From Xylographa opegraphella (lineage: Eukaryota), in NCBI GenBank assembly GCA_022813865.1, contig JALDZX010000027.1:186001-250000 (forward strand): a stretch of 64,000 nucleotides of DNA. Direction: 5' to 3'. The translations under genes were made by a program, and so were the position numbers. Of this stretch, positions 52,329 through 64,000 are shown piece by piece. Position 1 is the stretch's first letter. The number at the start of each line of letters is the position of its first letter. The notes under the pieces were generated by a model. The model did not search any database and had not been told where the DNA came from. It saw only the letters and a list, made by a program, of their open reading frames with translations.

Positions 52329-55117
52329 ATGAAGTTTCTTAAATCCTACTTCCATCCGGCGGTGGAGAAGGAGGGATCGAGCACCGAAACAGCCACGAAT
52401 GTTGAAATGAAAACCTCCCCCTTGTCTCCACCCATGCCCGGCTTCTCGGGCACAGGAACCCCACGTTTTTCGAGTTCACGACCAGGTTCCATATACCCCA
52501 CCGGAGACTTCAGGAACTCTCCCATGGAAGACATAATAGCCATCAAATGTGATGTGATGGTAAACTACCTACACCAGCAACAACTGGAGCGGCTGTGGTC
52601 GAGTCGTGGATACGGCGAGGGCGTGGTCCTGAAGAAGACGAGAGACGCCTACGTCTCATGTCCAGAAGAGATATCTCGGGTCCGGGACGATCTCTTTGAT
52701 GCAGTACAACGGCTCAACGTGCGGGTGCGTTCCCATCCTCCTCGAGTTGTGATGAGAGCAGGTGGCTGACATGGAATACCAGGTCGCCATGACGGTCAAT
52801 ACAAGGGTGATCAAGCTCTTCCTGCGTCGTCAAGACCTCCCGTACGTGCCCCTGAGAGATGGACTACGTCTGCAGATTCTACCAAACATAAATTATCTAC
52901 CGACATGCCAGAAGCACCACTTCGCAGCGTTCATCGCCGACACTTCGATCCTCGTTGTATGGGATGATGAACCGAAACACTTGTTGATCCGCGCAAAGAA
53001 CATCGAAGAACAATTGATGGGGATGATTTGGAGGGGTGGTGCGACGTCAAGTGATGAGAAGTCCGAAAAAGGTCACATTGTGGATGTCGCTGAAGTGGGC
53101 TCCGATGCCTCATCCAGTGATTTAGAGCGAGAAGACATGATTGCCAAACCCCGGAAAATAGTCATGAACCAAGCAGTTCTGTGTGGACTGACTCTTATAC
53201 TCCTGATCGCGGCGATTGGAGCGGGGTGGCGCCAGATCGTCATTGAACTCGTGGTCGACAAGCAGATGCTGCGACTGGCATTTGCGGCGGTGGTACCCTT
53301 CCAGTGTTGGCTGGCTCTGGTACGTCAAGGGTTCTCGATCATTGGGGACTGCCAGTTTCGCTAATCAAGGTTCACAGTTCTTTATGCAATCCATCGTCGG
53401 GGCTGTAGCGCAAGTCCTCGGACCGATCAGTCAGATGAACGAGAACTCAAAGTACTACTCGGGCATTGCACCCACGCGCATACGGAGAAAGGTTCTCCCA
53501 CACGTGACTATACAGTGTCCGGTGTACAAAGAAGGTCTTCGTTCCGTCATCGAACCGACAGTGAAGTCTCTGAAATCTGCGATCTCGACCTATGAAATGC
53601 AGGGTGGAACAGCGAACATCTTCGTGAACGACGATGGGATGCAACTGATTTCTGCCGCGGAAGGTCAAGAGCGAAGAGAATTCTACGACGAACACAACAT
53701 CGGCTGGGTCGCTCGACCAAAACACAATCCCAAGCCGGCTGAAGGCGAAGTCGCTTTTGTGCGGGCTGGAAAGTTCAAAAAGGCATCCAACATGAACTAC
53801 GCGTTAGCCGTCAGTGCCCGGATTGAAGATAAACTTGCTTCTATACACCGACCGGCGATGTGGAGTCAGGAGGATGAGGCAGACTCTTATCTGAGCTGCC
53901 TCGAGCAAGTCAAATCCGAGGACGAGGGTAAGACCTGGGCTGAAGGCAACGTTCGGATCGGTGACTATATTCTCCTCATCGACTCTGATACACGGGTGCC
54001 CGAGGACTGCTTCCTGGATGCCGTAAGCGAGATGGAGCAGTCCCCACAGGTTGCTATCATCCAGTTCAGTTCCGGCGTGATGAACGTTACCGAGAGCTAT
54101 TTCGAGAGAGGCATCACCTTTTTCACTCATCTTATCTACACGGCCATCTCTTTCGCGGTTGCCAATGGCGACGTTGCACCGTTCGTAGGTCACAACGCAA
54201 TCCTTAGATGGTCGGCTCTACAAGATATTGCGTACAATGATGGCGAGGGTGCTGCCGACAAGTACTGGTCCGAGGCTACTGTGTCCGAAGACTTTGACAT
54301 GGCCCTTCGGCTGCAGAGCTCGGGGTATCATATCCGATTCGCAACTTACATGGGCCAGGGGTTCAAAGAAGGCGTCTCGTTGACCGTATACGATGAACTA
54401 GCGCGCTGGGAGAAATACGCATACGGCTGCAGCGAATTGATCTTCCATCCATTCCGATATTGGCCGACCCGAGGCCCGTTCACGAAACTCTTCCGGAGAT
54501 TCATACGTTCGAACATGCCGTTGGCATCGAAATTCACCATCATGGCATACATAGGGACATATTTCGCCATCGGAACGGCCTGGATACTGACCTTGCTGAA
54601 CTACTTCCTCATCGGCTGGTACAATGGATGGTTGGACCACTACTACCTCGATTCGTGGAAGATCTTCGTCGCCATCGTCGTCGTCTTCACCGGCATCGGC
54701 AACCTCGCGCTCGCAGTCCTCCGCTACCGAGCCGAGGATAAAAGCCTCTTCGGCGAGATCTGGGGCAACTACAAATGGGTGCCCCTGCTCTTCATCTTCC
54801 TCGGCGGTGTCTCCCTGCACGTCAGCCAGGCCCTGCTCTGCCACCTCTTCTCGATCGACATGTCGTGGGGCGCGACGTCCAAGGAAGCCACGAACACGAC
54901 CTTCTTCGCCGAGATCCCGAAGCTGCTGAAGAAGTTCAAGTTCACATTCGTGTTCGTCTTCCTCACCACCGCGATGATGATCGCCATGGCCACCATCGCG
55001 CCCCCGTTCTGGCAGATCAACTTCTTCATCGCCATCTTCCCCATCGCCACCATCATCTTCTCCCATCTCATGCTGCCCATCGCCCTGAACCCCAGCCTCA
55101 TGCTCTTCACGTGGTAG
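52329..55117 (+). CDS. Processive multi-TM glycosyltransferase family 2 (cellulose-synthase-like, Glyco_trans_2_3)
   Basis: VTIQCPVYKE, VNDDG, KFKKASNMN, LIDSDTRVP (DxD), FVGHNA, VSEDF, ELARW (QxxRW position); two N-terminal and several C-terminal TM helices. Introns 52725-52782 and 53320-53377. Confidence 0.92.
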
Positions 55118-56180
55118 CCGGGAGGGTAGAATTCGTCCACGCTGCGGATACACCACCTTTTTTTCTTTTGCGGCATGATACGCGCACGGAAAGCGCTCAT
55201 ACGACTTTGTCATGCATTTGCGGGCGCTGGGATAGAGGGGGCTGGGGCGGTTTCTTCTTCCTCCATGACTTGCATAGCTGCCCTCCGCCGAGGCGCGGGT
55301 GGCGGGGGGAGGGGGGCGTGGCCTACGTTAGAGATGGCTTGCTTGGTACCGTAATGTTTAGTTTTCGCGCAAAGGGGCGTTTACTCCCGATGGACGGGGG
55401 AGCGGGTGGTCGGCCGGTCGTTGAAGACGATGGGTCTGGTGGATAGCTAGCCTGTCGTTACATTGGAGCTGAATGCAGGATATATATATTATATATAGAC
55501 ATCAAACAAGCTTCTTGCTCTCGGTCTGCGCGGCTGCGTTCCCCCCCCCACCCTCCCCCTCACCTCCCAACCCACTACGCCTTGCCCCCCCCCCCCACAT
55601 AGGCAGTACCGCGAAGAGAACTTGCCTCGCCTTGCCTCCTCCACACCGCTATTCAAGCTCGAGTACACTCCACCACGCAGCAAAGAAAGGGACGGGGGCC
55701 ACAGGCTCAAGAACCACAGCCCGTGGGGACCAAGGTAGTCTACGCTTGCTCTACTACACAGCAGCAGCACCACTACCACCACCACGGCAGCTGCGCGAAA
55801 AGCCGTCAAAGCCCACGATTCGAAGAAGACGCCACTCCAAGCAAGCAAGCAGGGCAAGTGTAGCGAAGAAGCTATGGTTATTAAGATCGTGATGGGCGAT
55901 ATGGTGTGTTATGTATGTACAGTATAGTGAAACCCTCCCCTCTCACCCTCCGCACGCGAGCTGTGTATACGGGACGCGCCGGGCAACGAGACAAGAAAAA
56001 ACGCCCGTACGAAAAAACAGCCCAGGGACACAGGGTATCTATTCTCGCACATCGACAATCCGAAATCCAAGCGTGTATGTCCCAAATCCCAAGCCTGATG
56101 ATTCTCGTATGTTTTTTCGCTCGTGTATATCCCCCCCCCCCCCTTTCCCCCTCCTCGCCATCAACATGCCAGGCCCGCGA

Positions 56181-58562
56181 TCAATCCCGGTTAATAACCC
56201 TCAAGCTCCGCCGCGGATTCAGCAGCACGCCCACGAAACTCGGCTCGACGCCGGTCATGAGATCATCGGTGCTTGAGTTCGTGGTACTGTTGCCGCCCAC
56301 GGGCGCCAAGCTGGGCATGGGAGGGACGCCACTGCTGCCGTGAGAGGAGCTGTTGAGGGCGCTGCTGCGGTTGGCCGAAGGCCCGCTGCTCTGGTCGGTG
56401 GAGTACTTGCCCGGCCTGCTCGACGAGTTCTCGGTCGATCCTCGGCCGAACATGAACGCCGTCTTTTCGCTCGGGCCGGCCACGGCGGCACGCTGGGACA
56501 TGGCCACGTGGTTCTTGTACAGCTGCAGCTGGCGACGGTAGACCCAGGCGCAGAAGCCGAGGTAGCAGCAGACGAGAAAAAGGAGACCTGCAATCACTCC
56601 GGCCACGATAGCAGCGATGTTGGGACCACTCTTCGCGTTCGACGCCGACCCGGTGGTGCCGCCGTTGCCTCCACCGCCTCCACCTTGAGGACTGGCTGTT
56701 TCCGTCACCGTCGCACCATTCGACGCAGTCACGGTGTATATGATAGGCTTTCCAGTGGCCAGAGGTCCGGAAGTTGCTGTGACTGCAGGGGCTGTCACAG
56801 TCGCGCCTCCCGTAGCTTGACCACCAATAACAGCCTGAACAGCCACTGGAACTTGATAGCCATAACTGCCACTCAGACCAGTCGAGTTCTTACTCTGAGA
56901 CTCCTGTTGGTCCTCTGTATCGGCGCCACCAAGGGTTGTGAATTGATTGACCCACTTGAGTTCCGAAGCATCAAACACGTATATGCCGGGGTAGTCACAA
57001 CTTTGGTTCTGCCCAACATACCCACCCACAACTACCATTTGAGCATCCCAAGCATTACACGTATGACCTGCGCGAGCACCTGGAGTACTTTGCCCGTTGG
57101 TGTCTGCTTTTATCCAGGTAAAGGCAGGTATTGTTAAAATCCAAATATCATCATACTGCACTTGCTGCCCAGCTGGTATAAGGTCCTGCCCTCCGTACAT
57201 ATACACGTTGGTGCTCGAACCGTCAGCCGCGGAAAACGCTACGGCGCAAGGATCGACGCGATACGATGGGGATGTGCCATTGGTTGGTTGTGTGTACCAG
57301 GTTGAAGTCGCAATATCGTAAACATCGATAACGTTCATTTGATCGAAAGTCGCATTCGTCCCACCAGCCAAGCCTAAGAGAATTCCCTGAGGACCATAAC
57401 CAGGAACATACACAAGCACGCCGTCGGCACGTTCGGGGAACCCATCACTGCCTTGAATACCACCTTGAGTTATGTTGCGCCACGCCCCGTCACTTCCTGC
57501 TGTCTGTCCGTTACTCATGGACGATATTGCGGAGTTGGTCGAGCCTGGGAAGGTGAACTCGATCATGGATTTGATATAGACGCGCGGGAACCACTGAGCC
57601 CATCCAAAAGTGGTGTAAGGATCTTGATGGCCGCCAAAATAATATCCTCGTCCCAATTCAGGGATGGTAATACCAGCGCCTTCTGCAACGTCCTGTACTG
57701 CAGCGCCACCTGGGTCACTGTTTGTCCCACTGGAAGTTGTCGGATTCTGATGTTGGATCCAGGAGGATGATGAGATAGCATATTCCCATAACGAAAATGG
57801 TGCTGTGGGAGTCTCCGTAGGTGCACTGGAGTATTCACCTCCATAAAGGAATAATGAATCAAAGGAGTTCCATAGGTAGCCAAGGGATACTGCTGGAGGA
57901 CCGGAAGGTTGAGGCAGCCCACTAACAGTAGGCGATCCAATGTTCCAAGTTTTGGTAAGGTCCACGGTGAAGAAGTCGTTGTTCCAGGTGTCACTTGATT
58001 GCTGCGGTTGCTGAGTCGCTTGACCACCATATACGTATAGTGTTCCATTGACGAGCGCACTCTGGTGAGCCCATCTGGTGCAGACGATAACAGGACTATC
58101 CGCCCTCTTGTTTAAGTCGGCCTCGACCAATGCACCGTCTCGCGAAGTTCTAATGACTCCACCCTCCACCCCTATTGCAACAGTCCCGGTATTACTAACC
58201 AATGGTGAGATATGGAGCAAGATCAGAAACATGGCGAAGACGATGGTGAGGGGGAAGACACGCGACCAAGGCTGATAAATGCCACTCTTGGCCATGGTAC
58301 TCGACTTGGTCGTTATGGTTGGGGAATCGGCGGGAACCCACACCCCTAATTTGACCTTGTCTTGCGTTGCGGATGCATATTCTCCATCACTATCTGATAC
58401 CTCAAAGATATCAGACTTGCTCTTAAAGCGGACGCGTCTTTGAGGTCTAATTGCATTAATATCGTTGTGGTCGGAACTCTCATCAATATCCAACTCTTTG
58501 AAATACGATAGCCTTCCAGCTGGTGGCGAGCGGGCTGCCGCGGAATTGTGCACCTCGGCCAT
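56181..58562 (-). CDS. Kelch-type beta-propeller membrane protein with Ser/Thr stalk and C-terminal TM helix
   Basis: Repeated blades LYVYGG, LFLYGG, YYFGG, VYMYGG, ARAGHTC..MVVVGG; hydrophobic N-terminal segment (FPLTIVFAMFLILLHI); TM IAAIVAGVIAGLLFLVCCYLGFCAWVYRR; tail EPSFVGVLLNPRRSLRVINRD. Start is uncertain (ATG 58562 or ~58295, or an upstream exon). Confidence 0.85.
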   Translation of the reverse strand: MAEVHNSAAARSPPAGRLSYFKELDIDESSDHNDINAIRPQRRVRFKSKSDIFEVSDSDGEYASATQDKVKLGVWVPADSPTITTKSSTMAKSGIYQPWSRVFPLTIVFAMFLILLHISPLVSNTGTVAIGVEGGVIRTSRDGALVEADLNKRADSPVIVCTRWAHQSALVNGTLYVYGGQATQQPQQSSDTWNNDFFTVDLTKTWNIGSPTVSGLPQPSGPPAVSLGYLWNSFDSLFLYGGEYSSAPTETPTAPFSLWEYAISSSSWIQHQNPTTSSGTNSDPGGAAVQDVAEGAGITIPELGRGYYFGGHQDPYTTFGWAQWFPRVYIKSMIEFTFPGSTNSAISSMSNGQTAGSDGAWRNITQGGIQGSDGFPERADGVLVYVPGYGPQGILLGLAGGTNATFDQMNVIDVYDIATSTWYTQPTNGTSPSYRVDPCAVAFSAADGSSTNVYMYGGQDLIPAGQQVQYDDIWILTIPAFTWIKADTNGQSTPGARAGHTCNAWDAQMVVVGGYVGQNQSCDYPGIYVFDASELKWVNQFTTLGGADTEDQQESQSKNSTGLSGSYGYQVPVAVQAVIGGQATGGATVTAPAVTATSGPLATGKPIIYTVTASNGATVTETASPQGGGGGGNGGTTGSASNAKSGPNIAAIVAGVIAGLLFLVCCYLGFCAWVYRRQLQLYKNHVAMSQRAAVAGPSEKTAFMFGRGSTENSSSRPGKYSTDQSSGPSANRSSALNSSSHGSSGVPPMPSLAPVGGNSTTNSSTDDLMTGVEPSFVGVLLNPRRSLRVINRD

Positions 58563-61112
58563 CGTCTCACTGTTTATTGTCGAGCCAATAGTGTTTGAAA
58601 AAGATGTAGTGGTACTTTGCAGCGAGGTGAAGTTCTCGAATGGTTCGTGTTGTGGAGCCACCTGCTCGATTGCCTCGACACAAACAACAAGGCCTGGGGA
58701 AATGAAAATCGTGAAAATTAGCTAGTTAGTTACCAACCCAACAACAATAGGAGATTCGTCAGATGGGACACCGCTTAAAGGAGAACACAACGGGCTTTCG
58801 ACCTTTCGAGGCTCACGGTCGCAGATGAGCGGGAGTGGGATAGCAGAAACAACCCCCCTTTGGCCATGGGGAATTCGCACAAGGTCGTGCTAATCCTGGG
58901 TGCTGTCAAGGGCCGCCGATGACGTTCGGGAGGCGTTCGAGGAGTCTGCCGCTTGCATGGGACTGTCGCTCCTCAAACGAATGGGAGGTGTCGGCTCGAT
59001 ACAAAAGCAGGTTTTGGCGTTGGTTTAGTGGCCAATCATGCCCTTTCGCAATGATCAACAAGTGAGGTACCCGTCCTCCAAATGGTTTAGCCAGTGAACT
59101 GAGTGGAAATGAGAGCATGCAAGCACCATTGACCGTCGCTGGAACTGCCGAATGAGAGGCAAGTGGCAGATGAAAAGGACCGCCATTGCCGGTATACAAT
59201 GTTCCCCTGGCTGGCGTATTTGCTGCACCCTTCCGCCCGAATCCTATGTCTTCGCACTTTGCAGAGAGGATAGCTTCTGTTTCATATCCTCCTGAAGTAC
59301 TCTACTACATTCACCGAGGTGTAGGAGCTCAATCGTCCTGTACGGGTTCGCCTCGCCTCACCTTTTGCCTTAGGTATCTTATCTTTAAACGTTCTCAAGA
59401 CTGTTGAGTTCTCAAGAATTCTCCAGGAATAATCTCTGGAAAACAGGCTACGCCGATTTGTGCCCCTCGAGTGATATTTCTATCCTCGTCAGCGATGCCT
59501 CTCGCAACCGATTACACCGCCTCACTTTGTAATGATTTTATGATGTTGCAGTGTCGTTATGACAAGAGCCACGCGAGATGTGGAGATGGAGGAGAGCTTC
59601 CTGCTATGCGTTGCTTTGTCGTTTGCCTTTTAGCTTTCGACATTTCATGCCGTACCAAAGTATTGTATATGCAGGATACGAAGCCAGCGCCGATCCATCA
59701 AGAAATAGTCATACTGCATGACGCTTGGTTCTTTGGGAATTGGTATTCTCCCCGGAGAACGCTGCTGAGTCAAGTCTAATTTTACGTTGAGAAAGGTCTT
59801 TGCTGCGTACGACTGGCTCCCGCACATATATGTAGCGTTACTATGTCTACTAAGACCGTATTGCAAATTAAATAGTGTCCATTCCTGGATACAGGAACCA
59901 ATTCGTCTATCTGTGCAACACTTCTATTCTGTCCCTTAGCCATCTTTGCATTCCCATTACCGTTACAAACTGAAACTGCAAAATGGCATGTGCTCAATCT
60001 TGAATTTTTTGCCTTACGCTCTCATACATGGTGCTTGCTTCTGCCGCTGATATTGTCGTGTGAAGCACACCTAATGACCATTTACTCCTACGCAAAGGTT
60101 ATGCTTTCTCAACAGTGCCTTCTCTGGCAGCCAGCAAGCTAATCTCTTAGAACCGGTCATCGGAAGATTGAAGCATACAGTCATTGTCAAGTACAGAAGT
60201 CATGTCAAGTCGGCCAGTGGTAAAGGAGCTAAAGTATGCGACTTTGCTCAGTGTGAGGGTCTACCTGTGGACGAGAACGTGTCAGCTATACTTGGCAATG
60301 TTATTTGAAAAGGAACTTTCTTGATAGTAGGACTCTGGGCATGATGTGTCGAGAAGGCGGTACCGAGATAGTTACATGTTCTATTTGATATGATGTAGTG
60401 GTATGGTCGGTCAGCGTTCGTCATCCCTTAGCATATAGGTGGCTGCCTACTCGCTGTCTGGGAACTCAAGGGAGATGTTGCGGAGCCAGATCGCCTACAC
60501 GCGAACGCATGAAGGTATTAATAATGAGTAACAAGAGGTGAAGCAGCAGTCAATGCCTCATCGGCCCCAATCGTTGCGGTACTCTTTGGCCACAAGGGAA
60601 CAACAACCTCCATGACTTCGCTCGATCTGCAAGTTAGGGTTCGGGGAAAGATTTTCCGGAGCTAATGACATTAGTCCTGATCAGGTAAATTTTACTCCAA
60701 CTAGTGTAAGTAATATGGCCTGGGCAGCTTATCAAGCATCCAGTTCCGCACTAAATTACCCAGTAAGGAACTGTTCCGCATCTTGATCCTAACGGGTAAA
60801 TCGGCTCAGTGAGGTAAATGCCCTATCGACTACTCGCTATTGACCTCCAACATGACTCTGTCAGAGTTCACTTTCTCTTCTTCTGTTTTTCATTCTCGAA
60901 GGACCACCCTCTTGGAAAGAAAGAGGCTGCTGTGCATGGAGGAATGGACGACTATAATCATTAAACATCAGATATCCCGATATTCTTGACTTTTGCAGAT
61001 GCTAATGCATTTAAATTCTTCACTTTAATCCGAACGTTAGCGAGAACTGATCAAGGTAAAGGAGGCGGTTTGCCCTGCGGTTCACGCCTGGCCTCACAGT
61101 CAATCAATTGTA

Positions 61113-63154
61113 ATGGATCCTGAAAATCTGTCTATTCAATCAAAGTCTTCCACACTCCGCTCTCATTCAAGCGAGTCATTCAAGGATGCAGTATCATTTC
61201 CCGAGAATAATGAGCCAGAGAAAGCTCTCACTCCTCAGATTTCCTCTCGCTCAGAAAGACTGCCGCTATCACGACATGCTACTTCGATAAGGACCACAGG
61301 CACCACAGATCCAGACTTTGAAGTCGACTGGGAACAGGATGACCCTGAAAACCCGAGAAACTGGCCCATTTGGTACAAGGGAGTAGTGCTTGGCTTTATC
61401 AGTTGGAGTACGTGGGTGTGAGTTGTCCGTTCCGTCGCTATGGAGAACTCCAGGGGCTGATGGAAAGACAGAGTGGTTGTTTACTCAACATCGTACACAA
61501 CCGGACTTGCAGAAATGCAGACAGATTTTCATATTTCCTCTGAACCTGTCGTAACACTCGGAGTGACGACGTACCTCATAGGTCTGGCAATCGGCTCAGT
61601 CGTCTTAGCTCCCATATCAGAAATCTATGGCCGACGACCTGTCTACATGATTAGCATGTTTTTGTTTATGATACTTATCATCCCCTGTGGGCTTGCCACG
61701 TCACTCGCCGAGGTCCTTGTCGTACGATTCTTTGGTGCTATCGCCGGCTCGGCGATGATAGCCAATGCTCCGGGAACCATCAGCGATATCACCGACGACA
61801 AATATCGTGCACTCGCTTTTTCTATATGGTCAATAGGACCCTTGAATGGTCCAGTGGTATGTGGTTTTCAACATCCTTATTTTCTGAGCTCATTATCATA
61901 AGTTCGGCCCTGTCATCGGTGGATTCGTGACTCAATACTTAGGATGGCGGTGGACGAACTGGGTGGTCATGATTATATCCGCCGTTGGTTGGATTTTTGT
62001 CTGTATCCTCCGGGAGACATACTCGCCTGCTCTTCTTGTGCGTCGTGCAGCAGCACGCCGTGCCGAGACCGCTAATCCCCGCTGGTGGTCACGATACGAC
62101 CAGAAGCTGCCATTGATCGCTCTGCTCCGCGTCAACCTTTCGCGTCCCTTTGTCATGGCCGTCACAGAACCAATCTGCATCTTCTGGAACATTTATATCG
62201 CCATCATTTACGGAATCTTGTACCTTTGCTTCGTTGCGTACCCAATCGTCTTCACGGAAATTCGTGGTTGGTCCGATGGATTCTCTGGTCTTGCATTTAC
62301 TGGAGTAGGCATAGGCAGTCTATGCATCATTCTTCTGGAACCTCTTATTCGTCGGATGATCCAGTCTCATAAGAAAGACCCAGAGACGGGCGCAGTCACT
62401 CCGGAAGCCATGGTGTCTATAGTTTGTATTGCTGCAGTGCTTGCTCCTGTCGGCGAACTTATCTTTGCCTGGACTTGCGCTCCACCTGTTCATGTGAGAA
62501 AATTTCTTTGGCTATGCTTCTCCCCTTGCTATTCTGAAGAGAATTTCCAAGTTTGACGTTGCCAAAGTTGCCTACCCAGCTCCTTTTCAAACTTTTCAGC
62601 CAAATTATGGGCTTTTTTTGTTCTACTCCAAGATATGAAGCTAATTTTCCATCACGCAGTGGGTCTGGCCGATACTCGCAGGCATTCCGTTTGGCGCTGG
62701 CAACACTGGCGTCTTCATCTACGCCAGCAACTACCTCGCAGGCAGCTATGGTATCTACGCGGCCTCTGCCATGGCCGGCAACTCTGTCGTCCGCTCTTTC
62801 CTTGGCGGAACACTGCCACTGGCCGGGCCAGCCATGTATCAGACCCTCGGACCCCACTGGGCAGGCACTCTGCTCGGCCTAGTGCAGGTGATCATCATCC
62901 CGATCCCAGTAATATTTTACCGATACGGAGGACGCATTAGAGAGAAGAGCGCGTTGATCAGCAAGATGCAGCAGGACAAGGCACGGCTGGAAGGGAAGCG
63001 CGCAAAGGGAGGCAACGCCCACGCTGGAGACGTAGAGAAGGCAATGCAGGTAGAGGCCGAAGCGGGCATAGCAGGAGTGGAGGATAGGGAGCTGGAGATG
63101 GAGGTGGAGAGAGATGATATGGGGACCGAGGGTATGAGGAAGGAGATGAGCTGA
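61113..63154 (+). CDS. MFS drug:H+ antiporter (DHA1 family)
   Basis: VDWEQDDPENPRNW, APISEIYGRRPVY, LGWRWTNW, LRETYSP, LSRPF..EPI. Introns 61418-61471, 61857-61902, 62494-62659. Confidence 0.93.
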
Positions 63155-64000
63155 AAATTGGATAGAAAAAAAGCCGATGTGAGAAGGAAATGGAAAACAG
63201 TCTAGGATAAAATAACCTGATGAACCAAACCAAATTTTGTGGAAAAAAAGTCTGAAAAGAAAGGGGGCAATGCGTAGTATTTCGTAGGACTCCTCGGGGA
63301 GCAAAAAAGACGGCCAAACAGGGGCGTCCCGGAGCGGACCAAAAACTAACTCCGGCAGGTGACGTGCGCTATTTTCGCTAAGGGTTTCGAGCCCCGTAAG
63401 CGAGCGGGTAGAGCCGGGTACGGTATCTCCGACATCGAAACCACATGCACCGGCGAAATTGGCTCATATGTATGTGCAGAACTGGCTTTGAGGTTCCTGG
63501 CTTGGCTTCACCGACAGATTCATGAATCGAGGAGCTGGAGAGCTTTTTACAAAGTAATTGATGATGCGTGTGAGAGTAAGCTAAGCTGAGTCTGCCTCCC
63601 AGGCCCCCCACGGCCCGGGTTCAGGATCCTTCATCCATCTGCGTCAGGAAATCCCGTTGAGTAGCATAATATATTATTAGTAATTGATATGAAATCGCTT
63701 TTGGTCTATGGCCCCCCGGCCCCCCGCCCCATGTTTTCCTTTGCTGCTGTGTTCTTGCCTGCTGTAGCCGTCAATCCTTCACAGTGTTCGGCGGAATTCT
63801 CCGTTCCAGCAGACCCAGCGTGAGTGCATAATGATGGCACGTTACAACGCCTTGAACGCCCAGTGTTGCCCTTGAGTGAGATACGAGGAAGTGTCGATGC
63901 GACTTTATGAACCAATCGTATTATTCTCCGCTTGCGCCTTTGATTTTTCCCGCTTGCCTTGCCTTTCTTCGCCGGTAGAGCCTCTTGTTTTTCGAATCCT

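Overview
Intron-rich eukaryotic DNA from a filamentous ascomycete (Pezizomycotina; inferred from GT..CTRAC..YAG introns and gene content). About 17 protein-coding genes are recognisable: NOT3/5 (5'-truncated), Bud2-like RasGAP, DUG1 dipeptidase, OPY2, a class III chitin synthase, UBC12, a WKF-domain protein, SPC98/GCP3, a DsbA/FrnE-like oxidoreductase, an orphan 4x(CxxC..CxC) cysteine-rich protein, an FHL1-like FHA/forkhead factor, SNF7, TEN1, ATF1/AtfA, a processive GT2 synthase convergent with a Kelch-type membrane protein, and a DHA1 MFS transporter. A gene-poor interval of about 12.5 kb (39.7-52.3 kb) holds a Ty3/Gypsy integrase relic, a Myb-like remnant, two degenerate copies of a DUF3716-like Cys domain and degenerate direct repeats. 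Best leads: the GT2(ExxRW)+Kelch pair as a candidate unknown-polysaccharide module, the orphan Cys-repeat protein, an in-frame mitochondrial presequence on DUG1, four PacC-consensus sites in the SPC98/DsbA divergent promoter, and GC-rich, skew-flipping islands at four convergent gene junctions. No tRNA, rRNA or CRISPR was found. All calls come from reading the sequence by eye; no database searches were run.
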